Shown here one piece after another: positions 11,280 to 23,700 of a stretch of 64,000 bases of DNA. Position numbers and translations under genes: made by a program. The notes beneath the pieces are model-generated. The model made no database searches. It saw only the letters and a program-made list of their open reading frames with translations, and was not told the DNA's origin. Source of the stretch: Selaginella moellendorffii (Eukaryota > Plantae > Lycopodiophyta); NCBI RefSeq assembly GCF_000143415.4, contig NW_003314315.1, positions 186,001-250,000 of the forward strand, given 5' to 3'. The stretch's first letter is position 1. Every line of letters begins with the position of its first letter.

Positions 11280-13100
11280 TAGCATGTGCTATTAGATATT
11301 GATTGCAACTTACTAATATATGGAGGAAATAAAATCTTATGGTCAACAAATAAAAACTATATTTTCAATCTTCTTATAGTCTCAAAGCACAACTAATACC
11401 TTTATTAAATGTCTCTTACAATGAAAACGTTATTTGGGCTTTCAATAACTTATTATAAATAAGTTTTTTTTAACCTTCATGTTTAAGCATAAAAGAATTT
11501 AATATTTAATTTATGACTTCGATATGAGATGTTTAAAAGAAATCACTATAAGGATTAAGTTAGTTTTCAAAAAACATAAACTCATATATATTCTATTAAA
11601 CCATAACTATTATTTCTCAAGATATATCACTATAACTATTTCATCGTGATAATTAATATGTCTAAATTTCTGATAACAAAGGAACTTCATGTAAGGAAAT
11701 TAAATTTGTGATTATAAAGTAAATCAATAAAAGACATCTAAATATAACCTCCAAGCTTATAAATTATATTACTTTGAATATAATTATATTGATAATAATG
11801 ATCTCCTTGAAAATTTGGTGTTTGTTGTTCTTTTTCCTTTAATCTTAAGTTTGGAGAGTTTAAAAAAAAACATTGCATTTTGGAATAATAAATATATAAA
11901 TTTTTAATATGGTGTTATGAGGTCCAAGTGTACAACTACGGTGCCATATATTATTACTAAGATAGTGGGATTTTGGTAAGTATCAGATTAGGACCACTTG
12001 CTCTTATATATAAGTTAGGGTGTTTGGACTAATTGAATGTTGTATCCATGCACTCACAGATATAAGATAAATAAAATAATATGGTAAGAATGTAATAAAT
12101 TTTATTGGTAAGAACTTTATAACATTAAAAAATTTCACACTATAAATTTCTTAAGGTTGCCACTTGAATTGAAAATATAAAACCTGATTTATAATTCTAT
12201 GCTTAAATCCTATATATTCAAGCTATAAAAAATAAAAAATCATGTTAATTATGAAAACCTATAGAATATAGTGCCTCCTTCCTTAACATTAAAATAAGCA
12301 TAATAACTCTAAATACGAGCTCCTTATAGTTGAAAAAGAAAGAGAAGGTAATGAAGAAAACTTAAAAGTAAGAAAAAGATGACACTAAAAGTTTATGTTC
12401 AACACACACACACACACATATGTGTTATTTGTTATAATTTTTGGGATATTGAGCATTAGAAGATATATAGAATAAATAGTTCTCAATTACACATTTTTAA
12501 ATTGGTTTAAATAGCATTAATATGGGAATAAACTGGATAATTTACCTTCAAGTATTATACATTTCTAACTTTATACTATAATTATACCTATTAAACATTC
12601 ATGGTGTATCCATTGTTGAGATTTAAATATACAATTATAGCAGATATAAAAGTAAAGTACAATAATAATGTGTTTATTGAAATTTGTTAATATTCTTAGT
12701 ATAATTAATTCAATTAGTAGAAATAGATTAAGTTTGATTAAGAAAATTCTTTTGTAAGGTTTTGCTATAAATTATTTATGATTATATGATGGTAGATACA
12801 AATACTTAAAAAGATAATTTTAATCTAAGATATACTAAAGCTCTTTATAAAGAAGTTCTTTTACATCATATTAATAGTTATCATAGGGAAACACTTATTA
12901 AATATAATCTAGTTAATTCACCTTTAACACCTAGAACTATATTATTTTTGTGCTATAGTTTGTATTTGTTGTGGAAAATGTTTCTTTTTGTTTTTAACTT
13001 ATAAAAAATAATAGTTGCTATGTGATTTTGAATAGGAAGTTTGAAACTAAGATTTTATACTGATACATACATATGCTAGAATATGCTAGTATTTCAGTAA
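11280..13100. other. AT-rich, CpG-poor island with no ORFs; probable decayed repeat or TE. Includes (AC)n at ~12401-12419
   Basis: Abrupt compositional change. The ORF track has no ORF >=60 aa between 11285 and 13179. Confidence 0.55.
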
Positions 13101-13178
13101 AGTTATGTTACGTGGAAGAATGGAGGTCGTCTATTTGCTATCGTGCTGTGTGTGTTGGGCGAAGAGGTGTAGGTCGCC

Positions 13179-14853
13179 ATGGCGGGAAGGTTTGTGTCGG
13201 ATTTCACACATAATGGGCTAATCGGGAATCACCAGGTACATACTACATTGTCACGATTGATCATCCTGCAAGATTTTCTTCCTGTACATGATCAGTGTAG
13301 AAATCCATGGCGCCGGCGGCCACAGGGTGTTGTCAACACAAAAGCGTCTCTGGGGGCTCCGGAAAGGGCTAAAAAGATTTTGATGATGGGAGGGAGTCGA
13401 TTCATCGGTGTTTACCTGGCTAGGACGCTTGTCAAGGCCGGTCATGAGGTGAATGAAAAAACAAATAGGTACTTTCTCGATGCAGTGATTTAAATTTTTC
13501 TTGTCTCTCCGCTCCCTCTTTTGTTGGATCTAGGTGAGCCTTTTCACTCGTGGAAAGACGCCAATTACGCAGCAGCTCGCTGGCGAATCGAACGAAGCTT
13601 ATGCCGAGTATCAACTCCGAGTACACGCTTTGGCTAATTTTTTTAATACGCTTTTCTCTGCTAAGTTTTGGCTGGTTTTTAGGTGAAACACATTCAAGGG
13701 GATCGACAAGACTTTGAAGCTCTCAAGAGCAAGATTGGCGAAGCTGGTTTTGAGGTGGTCTACGATATCAATGGTATCGAGAAAAAAAACTTCGTTTATA
13801 AAGCTATATTTCACTATAATCATACAGGAAGAGAGGCCGCGGAAGTGGAACCCATCGTTGACGCGCTTCCGGATCTCCAGCAGTAAGAATCACAGTTAGT
13901 CAATTACTTCTCCAGTGAATTTTTCCACTTTTCACAGGTACATCTACTGCTCATCAGCTGGAGTATACTTAAAGTCAGACCTTCTTCCACATTTTGAGGT
14001 GATTTAGTTTGCTCCTTTCGGTTTTGAGATTGTTTTAGCTTGTGTGCTAATTCTCAGGTGGATGCTGTGGATCCGAAAAGCAGGCACAAAGGAAAACTTG
14101 ACACTGAATCTTTGCTCCAAGACAAGGGAGTAACTTGGACGTCAATCAGGCCAGTTTACATATACGGACCTCTCAACTACAATCCAGTGGAAGAGTGGTT
14201 TTTCCATCGCCTCAAAGCAGGGAGACCAATTCCAGTTCCTGGATCTGGTCTTCAAATCACGCAGCTGGGCCATGTCAAGGTAACCAGTTCTCATCAACCT
14301 TTGCTTCTTTTGACGTGAAAATGATGTGATCTAGGACTTGGCTGATGCGTTTGTAAAGGTGATGGACAATCCAAAAGCTTTCAATCAGGTCTTCAACATC
14401 TCTGGATCCAAGTACGTTACTTTTGATGGGATTGCTCGAGCGTGCGCGAAGGTAAAGTATAGTTTACAATATTTTTTTTCTAGACAAAAATCTTGCGAGA
14501 AAGGTTTTTGACAAACACACACACAGGCTGGTGGATTCCCGGACCCGGAGATCGTGCACTACAACCCAAAAAACTTCGACTTTGGAAAGAAAAAAGCTTT
14601 TCCTCTTCGCGACCAAGTAAAAGCTCCATTTTTCTTCCTTCTCTTCCATAGAAATGGTTTGTTTTTCCAGCATTTCTTTGCGTCGATCGACAAGGCCAAG
14701 CAGGAGCTAGACTGGACACCGAGATTTAATCTCGTGGATGGTCTCAGAGATTCCTACGAGCTCGATTTTGGACGTGGGAAGTTCCGCAAAGAGGCCGATT
14801 TCTCGACAGACGAGATGATACTGAGCGCTGGACGAGTACACGCCACAGTCTAA
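13179..14853 (+). CDS. CSP41B: Chloroplast stem-loop binding protein of 41 kDa b (NAD-epimerase fold), multi-exon
   Basis: KKILMMGGSRFIG..LVKAGHEVSLFTRGK, HIQGDRQDF, YIYCSSAGVYLKSD, DPKSRHKGKL, IRPVYIYGPLNYNPVEEWFFHRLKAGRPIPVP, KKAFPLRDQHFFAS, FRKEADFSTD. Confidence 0.95.
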
Positions 14854-14948
14854 TAGAACGCTTCTATTTCCCATGCACACTACAAAGCCCTTCGTTTATT
14901 ATCACTGTGAAAACTCTCTAGATCATAATCATTTGCTGGTTTCCTTCT

Positions 14949-17375
14949 TCACGACGTACATCCTCCTGGAAGGAGGCTCTCGCCGGTTCTCCGAGCGGAA
15001 GCGGAAGCTTGCGCGTCCCCGTGTAGCGTGTCCATCACCAGCTCGATAAACAGGCCATCGAGCTCGGATGATTTGTTGGAGATGAGCACCTCCTCCACCA
15101 AAAACTGGACAACTTCGTCCATTCGCGGCCGCAGCACCGGGAGTAGCTCCGTACACATGGTGGCCAGCTGAGCGATCTTCTTCACTTCCCACACGGGAGA
15201 CTTTCTCAGCTCCTCGTCGATAAGCTCTCCACTCTCACATGTTTGCAGCACCTATAGATGAAGAAAAAATCGAGTGAAATGGAAGTGGAAGAAGAATTTC
15301 CATACCCAGTCTCTTAGCATAACTCCGGCGGACCTGACAGTTTCCAACAGAAACCACGGTGGCTGTCCCGTGATCATCTGGATCAGAAAGACTCCAAATC
15401 CATAGCTATCGCCTTTGGAGCTCATTAGAGTTCCAGTGCTTGCCTCTGAGACAAATCCAAATCGCGATTAGAACTCGCGAGCTTTCGTTCTCACCCGGTG
15501 GATCGTAGACTGCGTTGCGTACATCACGTGCTTGCGACGACGTTTGCTGTAGAAGCCTGTAGAGGCCATGGTCCGTTAGCTTTGGCGTGAAGTCGTCGTC
15601 AATCAGAATGTTGCTTGGTTTTAAGGAGCCGTGAATGATTTCCATGCCTGACGAGTGCAGATACGCCAGGCCTTTTGCAACTCCGAGGATCACTATTTTC
15701 CTCTTGTCCCAATCAAACTCTTTGCGACGCTGCCCTGACAAGACACATGGAGAAAGGCTGGATTCCAGAAATTTAATCTCAAGTTTCTCACCGGAAAGGA
15801 ATGCGGTCAAGTTGGGACCTGGAACATATTCAGACACCAAGAATTTGTCGTCTCTCGAATTGCAAAAGCCCAAAAGGCCCGCCACATTTTTATGCCTCGC
15901 TCTCGAGAGAATCTCTATTTCCTTCGCGAAACCAGCCTGATGAACAAGATACTCCAGTTAAAAAGATGGCGACAAATCAAAGAATGTTTTTATCACCTTG
16001 AACTCAACGTTTATCAGCTGTTTTACAGCCACGTTGTATCCCCCACTGGATCTTCCTCGATAGACAACCCCACTTGCGCCTTGGCCCAGGATGTTTGTCT
16101 CGTCAAACTCAGCTGTCGCTAGCTTGAGCTCGTCTAAAGAGTAGTCCGTGGGACACTCATAAGCACCATTATGACTAACTGCAAAAAAGGAGCGCTGTAG
16201 GCAAGTTATAGAGTGCATCATGCGGGAAAGAAGGTCGAATAAATACGTTTTCTTGATGCAAGCTCGGTGAACGATCTTGTCGTTCGTCTTCGCCACCTTA
16301 TGACGCCTACAATGGCTAGAAAGCAAAGCAGAGCCAGCACCGAGCCCATAACCGCCAGCATGGCTGTGCTGAAAGAGTGTGCTTCAACGCCTAGAAAAAG
16401 AGAAAACACAGCGAGCCATACGAGAATAAATGACAATTCATATGGCAAAGATTGGTAGAGTACCTGAACAAGATTCTGAGGTACAAAGGTCGGGATTACC
16501 CTTGAACCTGCACGTTTAGCATGTTACTCATCAAAACGTAATTTTGTAACCAGAAACTTACGAATCAGCTGAGAGCCCCTGGGGAACATTGCCACTAAGT
16601 CGATTGTATGATAAATCACTGTGACATCAAAGCAAAATGGCACCATGCAAAACTAATAAAACCTTGAAACAACACCTACAGTTTTCTTAGCTTCTTCAGT
16701 TTCGTGATTGCTTCGGGAATGTGTCCATCGAATCTATTGCCGTGGAGATCCCTGCGAAAAGAAAAAGTGGTCAATATCATGCTCAGCGAAGACCACTGTA
16801 ACCATACAGGACTTTCAAGTTGACAAGGTTTCCTATCTCCGCGGGAATTGCTCCCACTAACGCGTTTCTGGAAAGATTCCTGTAGAACAACACACAGGAA
16901 GATCCACTGCTCTAAATCCTCGTACACGAGAAATACCAAATGAAAGAATGACAAGACTCACAGATGCAAGAGAGACGAAAGCTTCCCAACGTCAGCACAC
17001 AGTGTCCCGGACAAATAGTGCCCCGACAACTCCCTGTAGGATGGAAAAGGATAGAACAGAGGTTTCACCGCGTCACAACAACAAACTTACAAGCTCATCA
17101 CTCTTTGGTTGCTGCTACACTTGACTCCTTGCCAAGAGCACGGGCTACTGGACGCCTCCCAGCTCAAGAGCGACCTCGACGCATTCCCAAAGCAGTATTT
17201 CAGCCGCAGCAATGCAGCGACTGCGAAGGGAACGATTGAGAGAAGCAAATCAGCGAAAAATTCGAAGATAAAACGCACCGTCCGGATCGGCGCCAATGCG
17301 CGCCACCGCCGACGCCGCAACAGCGATCCAATGTAGCAACAGCGGCAGCAGGAGATTGGAGCTTGCTCGTGTCAT
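14949..17375 (-). CDS. Short-ectodomain LRR receptor-like kinase (~4 LRRs, one per exon); predicted pseudokinase
   Basis: Signal peptide MTRASSNLLLPLLLHWIAVAASA. N-cap SWEASSSPCSWQGVKC. LRR exons such as NLSRNALVGAIPAEIGNLVNLKVL and DLHGNRFDGHIPEAI. TM AMLAVMGSVLALLCFLAIVGVI. Kinase motifs GQGASGVVY, VAVK, IIHGSLKPSNILI, TDHG. Confidence 0.88.
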
Positions 17376-17546
17376 CACTTCCCTAGCGAGCTCCAGCTCC
17401 TACATTGTCCTCCCGCATCCTCGTAAACCCTAGCTCTTGCTGTCAGCTCCACAAAATCCCGGCCGTCGCTAATTACGCCACGTGGCGCATTACATTCCCG
17501 CCACGACAGGCGGGCATATTCGCTTTAGCCCCGGTAAATGCTGTAG
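17376..17546. promoter_or_regulatory. 171-bp bidirectional promoter (RLK / PPR) with telo-box and palindromic G-box
   Basis: AAACCCTA at 17425-17432 and the perfect palindrome CGCCACGTGGCG at 17476-17487, between divergent ATGs. Confidence 0.6.
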
Positions 17547-19487
17547 ATGAGCCAGAGGTTTTCTCCACAGGTGGATGCGTTTGCCCGCGCTCTCAAGAGC
17601 TGTGCTTTGGCCAGGGATCTCTCCAGGGGCAAGAAGCTCCACTCGCAAATCCTCGCAAGCCCACACAACTATGACAGATACCTCGGGAATCTCCTCGTGG
17701 ACATGTACGGCAAATGCGGCTGCCTGGAGAACGCGCGATCCACATTCGATGCCATCGTCGATCCCAATGTATATTCCTGGAATCTTATCCTGGGCGCGTA
17801 CATCCAATGCGGTGGGTTCGCAGACGTGGCGGGGTGCTTCGATTCCATGCCCAAGAGGGACGTGGTATCGTGGAACGCGATTCTCGCGGCATATACCGCG
17901 ACTGGGCATCTGGAAGATGCTATAAGAGTCTTTGAGGGAATGCCGCAGAGGGACGTGGTGTCGTGGAACTCGCTGCTAAATCTGTACGGGCAGAATGGCG
18001 ATGCCGTCCTGGCCAAATCTATGTACGATAGCATGCCCGAGAGGGACATAATCTCCATGAACGCCATGGGTCAAGCATATGCCCAGGCCGGGCATTACAA
18101 AAGTGCTAAAGATGCCTTTGATCGAATGCCACACCACAGCGTTGTGTCCTGGAACGCTATGATTAAAGTCTACACAATGGCCGGCGACACTACACTGGCT
18201 CTCCAGGCTTTCAATGATATGAAGCAAAGGGACGTGCTTTCGTGGACGGCTTTGCTCTCAGCATATGCCCTGGCTGGGCATCTGGAGGAATCTCGCTCCT
18301 TGTTTGAGAAGATGCCACAGCGGGATCTGGTGTCGTGGAACGCTATCGCGCAGGCTCATGCCCTCGGCGGCCAAGTCGAACGGGCGACGCGAATATTCTC
18401 GGACATGCCCGATCGAGATGCCATTTCGTGGACCGCAATCATCCAGGCATATGGACGGACTGGGAGCCCGGATAGATCCAAGCATTACTTTGATTCCATG
18501 CCTAGAAAGGACGTACTGTCCTGGGTGGCCTTGCTCCAAGCATATTCCCAGGCGGGAGTCCTTGACACTGCCAGTAGATTGTTTGAGTTGGTGCCAGTGA
18601 GGGATGGAGCAGCACACAATGCGATGCTCCAGGCATATGCCAACACTGGGAATCTGGAAGATACTAGGAGGATCTTCCACGCAATGCCCCAGCGAGACAT
18701 CGTTGCCTGGAATCTGGTGATCCAGGCATATTCTCAGTCGGGTAGCGCACCGGGTGCCCAAATGGTACACGAGAAGATGCCCGCGTGGGACGTGGTGTCG
18801 TGGACGTGTACGATGGCCACCCACGCGCAGTACGGCAGATTCCAGGACGCCAAGGGAATGTTCGAGGAGATGCCCGAGCGGAATATCGTGTCGTGGACGG
18901 CTATGATTCACGCGTACGTCCAGGCGGGGAATGTCCACCAGGCCCGGGCCATGTTTGACGACTTGCAAGGGAAAGATTCCATCTCGTGGAACACTATGAT
19001 CCAATCGTGTGCCGCGAATGGCCAATGGGAGAGTGTGCTGGAGCTCTCCCATTTGATGGTCTTGGACGGCCATAGACCCAACGAGTTGACCTTTGTGGGG
19101 ATCTTGACCGGGTGTAGCCACGTCGGCATGCTCGAGGAGAGCCGGTCCCATTTCCTGGCCATGCAAGACGCGTACGGACTGGCCCCCATTGTTGACCACT
19201 ACTGCTGCATGGTGGACATTTTGGGCCGCGCAAAGCAGCTGAAGGAGGCCGAGGAGCTTATCGACACAATGCCGTGCGTTCCGTACCCCGTGGTGTGGAC
19301 CATCTTGTTAGGAGCGTGTAGGATCCATGGTGACGTGGTGAGGGCCGCGAGGGCTGCTGACATGGCGGTGGCGATGGATGCCAGCCAGGAGGAGTCCGCG
19401 CCCTACATTCTCATGTCCAGTGTGTATGCCGAGGCCGGGAGGAAGGCCATGTCATTGGCACGTGGCAGGGAGAAAGAAGCCAGCTAG
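17547..19487 (+). CDS. PLS-class PPR protein, mostly tandem 31-aa S-type motifs, E domain, no DYW
   Basis: Repeated 'MPxRDVVSWNA..AYA..G'. C-terminal TFVGILTGCSHVG..DHYCCMVDILGRA..WTILLGACRIHGD..APYILMSSVY. Intronless, 646 aa. Confidence 0.93.
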   Translation: MSQRFSPQVDAFARALKSCALARDLSRGKKLHSQILASPHNYDRYLGNLLVDMYGKCGCLENARSTFDAIVDPNVYSWNLILGAYIQCGGFADVAGCFDSMPKRDVVSWNAILAAYTATGHLEDAIRVFEGMPQRDVVSWNSLLNLYGQNGDAVLAKSMYDSMPERDIISMNAMGQAYAQAGHYKSAKDAFDRMPHHSVVSWNAMIKVYTMAGDTTLALQAFNDMKQRDVLSWTALLSAYALAGHLEESRSLFEKMPQRDLVSWNAIAQAHALGGQVERATRIFSDMPDRDAISWTAIIQAYGRTGSPDRSKHYFDSMPRKDVLSWVALLQAYSQAGVLDTASRLFELVPVRDGAAHNAMLQAYANTGNLEDTRRIFHAMPQRDIVAWNLVIQAYSQSGSAPGAQMVHEKMPAWDVVSWTCTMATHAQYGRFQDAKGMFEEMPERNIVSWTAMIHAYVQAGNVHQARAMFDDLQGKDSISWNTMIQSCAANGQWESVLELSHLMVLDGHRPNELTFVGILTGCSHVGMLEESRSHFLAMQDAYGLAPIVDHYCCMVDILGRAKQLKEAEELIDTMPCVPYPVVWTILLGACRIHGDVVRAARAADMAVAMDASQEESAPYILMSSVYAEAGRKAMSLARGREKEAS

Positions 19488-19578
19488 GAAGGTAGCGCCA
19501 GCTCAGCTTTCTTTACACTCTTTTAGGGTTCTAGGCGCTATTTGAAAATGTGTGGCAGTTGCGTTCTAGGGCTCTCAA

Positions 19579-20442
19579 ATGTGGAGGATGGCGTCATGGC
19601 GCGCGCTGTGGAGGAGGGATTTCTCGCAGTTTGCGCCAGGCTACACTCTCATCACTCCAAAATCTCTGAATTCCATTCTCAAGGTGGAGAGTGTCAAGAA
19701 CAAATCGGCGGATGAGCTCACTTTCATCTGGAATCAGGTACGCATTGTAGCTCTTTCGTGGCGAGCTAGCGGAGCTAGCGCGATTCGTTTGTTCTTCCTT
19801 GTTTTTGCAGTATCACATTGGCCGAGGGCATGTAAGTGCCGTGATGAGCACCGATTTTTTCAAGAGATTCCAGGAGCGCGCCAGAGAATGGTGAGGGCTT
19901 ATCTTTGTGTGGATGCTTTGGAACTGATCTTCGCTCGCATTTAGTCCCAACTTTGTGCTGCCGCTAAGAAAGCCCAAAGGCTACATCAGCTTCTTCCTCC
20001 AAGGTAAAAATCTTTCAATCTTCTTTTCTCTTGATGGTGTTCTTGGTGGAGAAGTTCTCAGTGGATTTCTTTTTCAGCTCAGATGCCATTCCTCCTCCTC
20101 ACTTCGCTCGAAGACTACAAGCTTAAAGGCTCCAACGCTGCTCCATATCTCACCATAGCTCACTACACCGACTTTGCGGACTCCAAAGGCATCGTTCTAG
20201 TTCGCGGCGACATTGTCTTCCCCAGCCAGCTTAGCGACGACGAGGTTCGTGATTTCGCCCTCTCGAGAATCATCAAAGTTTTCATTGTTTCTGTGTTCTT
20301 CCAGGGGAATTCACTGCTGAAATACGCCCATTCTTTCTACATCCGCGACGATCGATACCTCCTCGTCAAGGCATTCACGCACAACAGCGAAGATTTCAAT
20401 TTCAAGGACGTGGTGAGAGAGCTGGATTACGACTACGTGTAG
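19579..20442 (+). CDS. ATP11: Mitochondrial F1-ATPase assembly factor 1 (ATP11/ATPAF1), multi-exon
   Basis: PKSLNSILKVE..IWNQYHIGRGHV, PNFVLPL, LLLTSLEDYKLKG..APYLTIAHYTDFADSKGIVLVRGDIV, F..N.EDFNFKDVV. Arg-rich presequence. Confidence 0.9.
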
Positions 20443-20768
20443 CGCCTCGTCCTAACTTGGACTTAACCTTCCCTTTAAAAATTTAACCGACACCCCTTTT
20501 ATTGCTAGATGCCAGGGGAATATCCGCAGTGGGGGATGGAGTCTCGTCTTCCCCTACGACGATGGCGGGCGCTGGCGAGCGGCTCCTCTAGCGCCTTGTG
20601 AGGTTCGTTTGTAGCATCCATCCTGGACGCCCGTGGCAAGGATGAAGGTTTTGCGCGCGAGGTAGGGGTTTCGCGACGCGCCTAGGGTTTGATCGTCGCG
20701 GGGGAAGGATTCTCGCCACGGATTCCTGCCTCAATGCCGGTGGAATAGGGTTCCAGGAATCGAGCGGC

Positions 20769-23700
20769 ATGGCCACGGAGCTTGATTCGCAGGGCGCCAC
20801 TTCGAATTCCTGCAATGGGGTTTGTGATGAGCTCACGCTGTCTCCCAGTTTTCTGGAGCACAGCTACACGCCAATGCGCATCACAAGGAGCAAGGCGTCT
20901 CTCCGGATGGCGTTCGCTGTCATCTCTGGAGGGGAGACTACTACCAATGCTCCTACTGCAGCTCCAGTGAAGAATGGGGCTAGCGTTTCCGGGAAGAATG
21001 GCTCGAATGGTTCCGTGAAGAATGGTTCCTCCAATGGTTCTTCTACCAGCGTTGTTATCAGGAGAACCGGCAAAAGGAGTGTAAGCAGAGGCTTGCGCTC
21101 GGGATGGAGCAGCAAGCCGGGGAAAGTGGTCGATGCTCCAAAAGCCAGCCAGAAGAAGTCTGGATCTACAGGAAGTAGAAGCCACGGGTTAAGTCAGCTA
21201 AAGATCTCAGCGGGAGATGGTAGTGTCAAGCTAAAGCTCACAGCCGCGAATGATGCGGACAGTGGTCATGGTGGCGAGGATGTCTCAAGTGGAGTCACCG
21301 AAGGAGAGACGACGAGAACGAGTAACAAGGCCGATGCTCCTGTTTTGACGAAAGTGAAGCCCTCTGCAGTTGGCTGGGTTATGTGCGACGATTGCCGGAA
21401 ATGGCGATGCATTTCTGCCGAGCTTGCTGATTCTATCGAATCATCTGATATTCGCTGGTAAGTTTTCCTCGTTTATCTTTCTCTTCCCTTATTGTCTATG
21501 TTGTTGTTTTTCCAGGACTTGCCGAGAAAATCCGAACAGGAAGTTTTCCGACTGTTCTGTGCCTCAAGAGAAAAGCAATGCTGAGATCAACGCGGAACTA
21601 AACATCTCGGAAATATCTTCTTCCGAGTGCGACGATAATGAACCCGCTGTTAACTCTAAATGTGGAGGTATGACATGATTTGGCTCCACTGGGAAATGAT
21701 GTGTGCTCTTTGCAGTTTCATGGACACAGATTCGTCATAACATCTTTCAGCACCGCCACCAAAAGACTCTTGACGACGATGACGTATGCTCTTGGTTTGA
21801 TATTCTACTTGTTTACGAGAGTCTTGTGTTTTTTCAGACGTTAATATGCCTTTGCAAGCCACCAAAAGATGGTAGTCCTGGGTGTGGAGAAGACTGTTTA
21901 AACCGAATGGTGAACGTGGAGTGCTCACCGGATACATGCCCTTGCGGAGAGCGTTGTTCAAACCAGCAGGTGAGTTTTGTTGCTAAAGGTACAAACTGAT
22001 GCGATTTTACTTCCTCTCTTGTTTAGTTTGGCAAAAGGGAGTATTCCAATGTCGCTCTTGTCAGGTGTGGCAAGAAAGGCTTTGGATTGAAAGCGCTGGA
22101 AAACATTGCGAAGGGCTCTTTCGTGATTGAATACGTTGGAGAGGTTTGCTTTTTATTTTCTTGTTTGCGCTTAATTTTCTCACTCGGTGCATCTCCAGGT
22201 ACTAGACAGTCGATCATTTGAACTGCGTCAGAAGGAGTACGCTCGTCAGAGACAAAAGCATTTCTATTTCATGACACTTAATAGTAGTGAAGTAAGGGTT
22301 TGATGGTTTAGACGGCTTCTAAATCTGTTCCAATATTTTCTTTTGCAGGTGATTGACGCATGCAGGAAAGGTAATCTTGGACGATTTATCAATCACAGTT
22401 GTGAACCCAATTGTCAGACTGAAAAGGTAAGGAACTTACAAGCATTCCATTCGACTGCTAAAGGTTTTCTTTTTTCTTTATTCAGTGGTGTGTGAACGGA
22501 GAAATATGCATTGGTCTGTTTGCTATTAGGGACGTTGCGAAGGTATTATTTACAAAGCCGATTATGTGCTTGAATAACTTCCTTTCGCTTTGTTTTCCGG
22601 TGATTTAGAATGAAGAGATTACATTCAATTACAACTTTGAACGACTTTATGGGGCAGCCGCCAAGAAATGTCACTGTGGATCTGCTCATTGTCGTGGCTA
22701 TATTGGTGGAGATCCTTCAAATCCTAGGGACGTTGTACAGACTGACTCTGAGGAAGATCTAGAGCCGATTATGCTGAAAGATGATGAGAGTGAAGACGAG
22801 GACATCGTTGATACTGAGGTTGTACAAGAAACACCAAAGTCTTGTACACCGCCTGAAGCATTGTTTGAGGAGCCGAAGCCCGAACTACTGGTAAAAGAGA
22901 TTCCGATACCCAAGCCGAAGCCTCTGGCTAAAGTGAAGCGACCAAAACCTTCTGGCCGACCGAAGAAGGTGCCATTCAAAGGCTTCTTTTCGTCGAACAA
23001 ATCTGAGGGGTACAGACCATCGCGTTACAGCGAAGGTAAGTAATGTCTGTCGGTTTCTTCCGTTTCACAAACTTCGCTTATGCAGTTGAGGATAAACTTG
23101 ATAAGCTGCTTAACGATAAAGGGGGACTCGTAAAGAAAAAGGTAATTTGCCACGTTTGTTTTTGGCCAGTTGTTTGACAAGTGTAACTGGTTCTGTAGGA
23201 AACTCCGAAACAGTACTTGAAACTTTTGGTCATATCAACCGCGTCCGGGGACGAATCGAAAGAGGGGACATCTTGCAGGTAGAGGTTTTCCTTTTGTTTA
23301 AATGACACCTTTATACATTCGGGACATGTAGTATGCGGGATCTTTCACTGCTTTTGGATGCGATGCTCAAGACGACATCCCGTAGCATTCTAACGGAAGT
23401 TATTCAAAAGAACGGTAAGCTTAGTTTGATAGTCATCTCTTTCCCACTTTCTTTTTTTCTAAACAGGACTTCAGCTACTTCACAATCTGGTGAAGCAGAG
23501 CCGGAAAAGCTACACAAAGATTCCAATTCTTCGGAAGTTGATGAAGGTGAGCTGGATAATCCCTGTATGATTAAGGAGATATTTATACTTCAATGCCCTT
23601 CAAAGGTTCTCGAGGCACTTGCTGAGAAGACGGTTTTGAAAAGCAAGCACATGACGTCAACACCACCAAGGAACGGCATGGAAAGGTAAAAAAAATGTTT

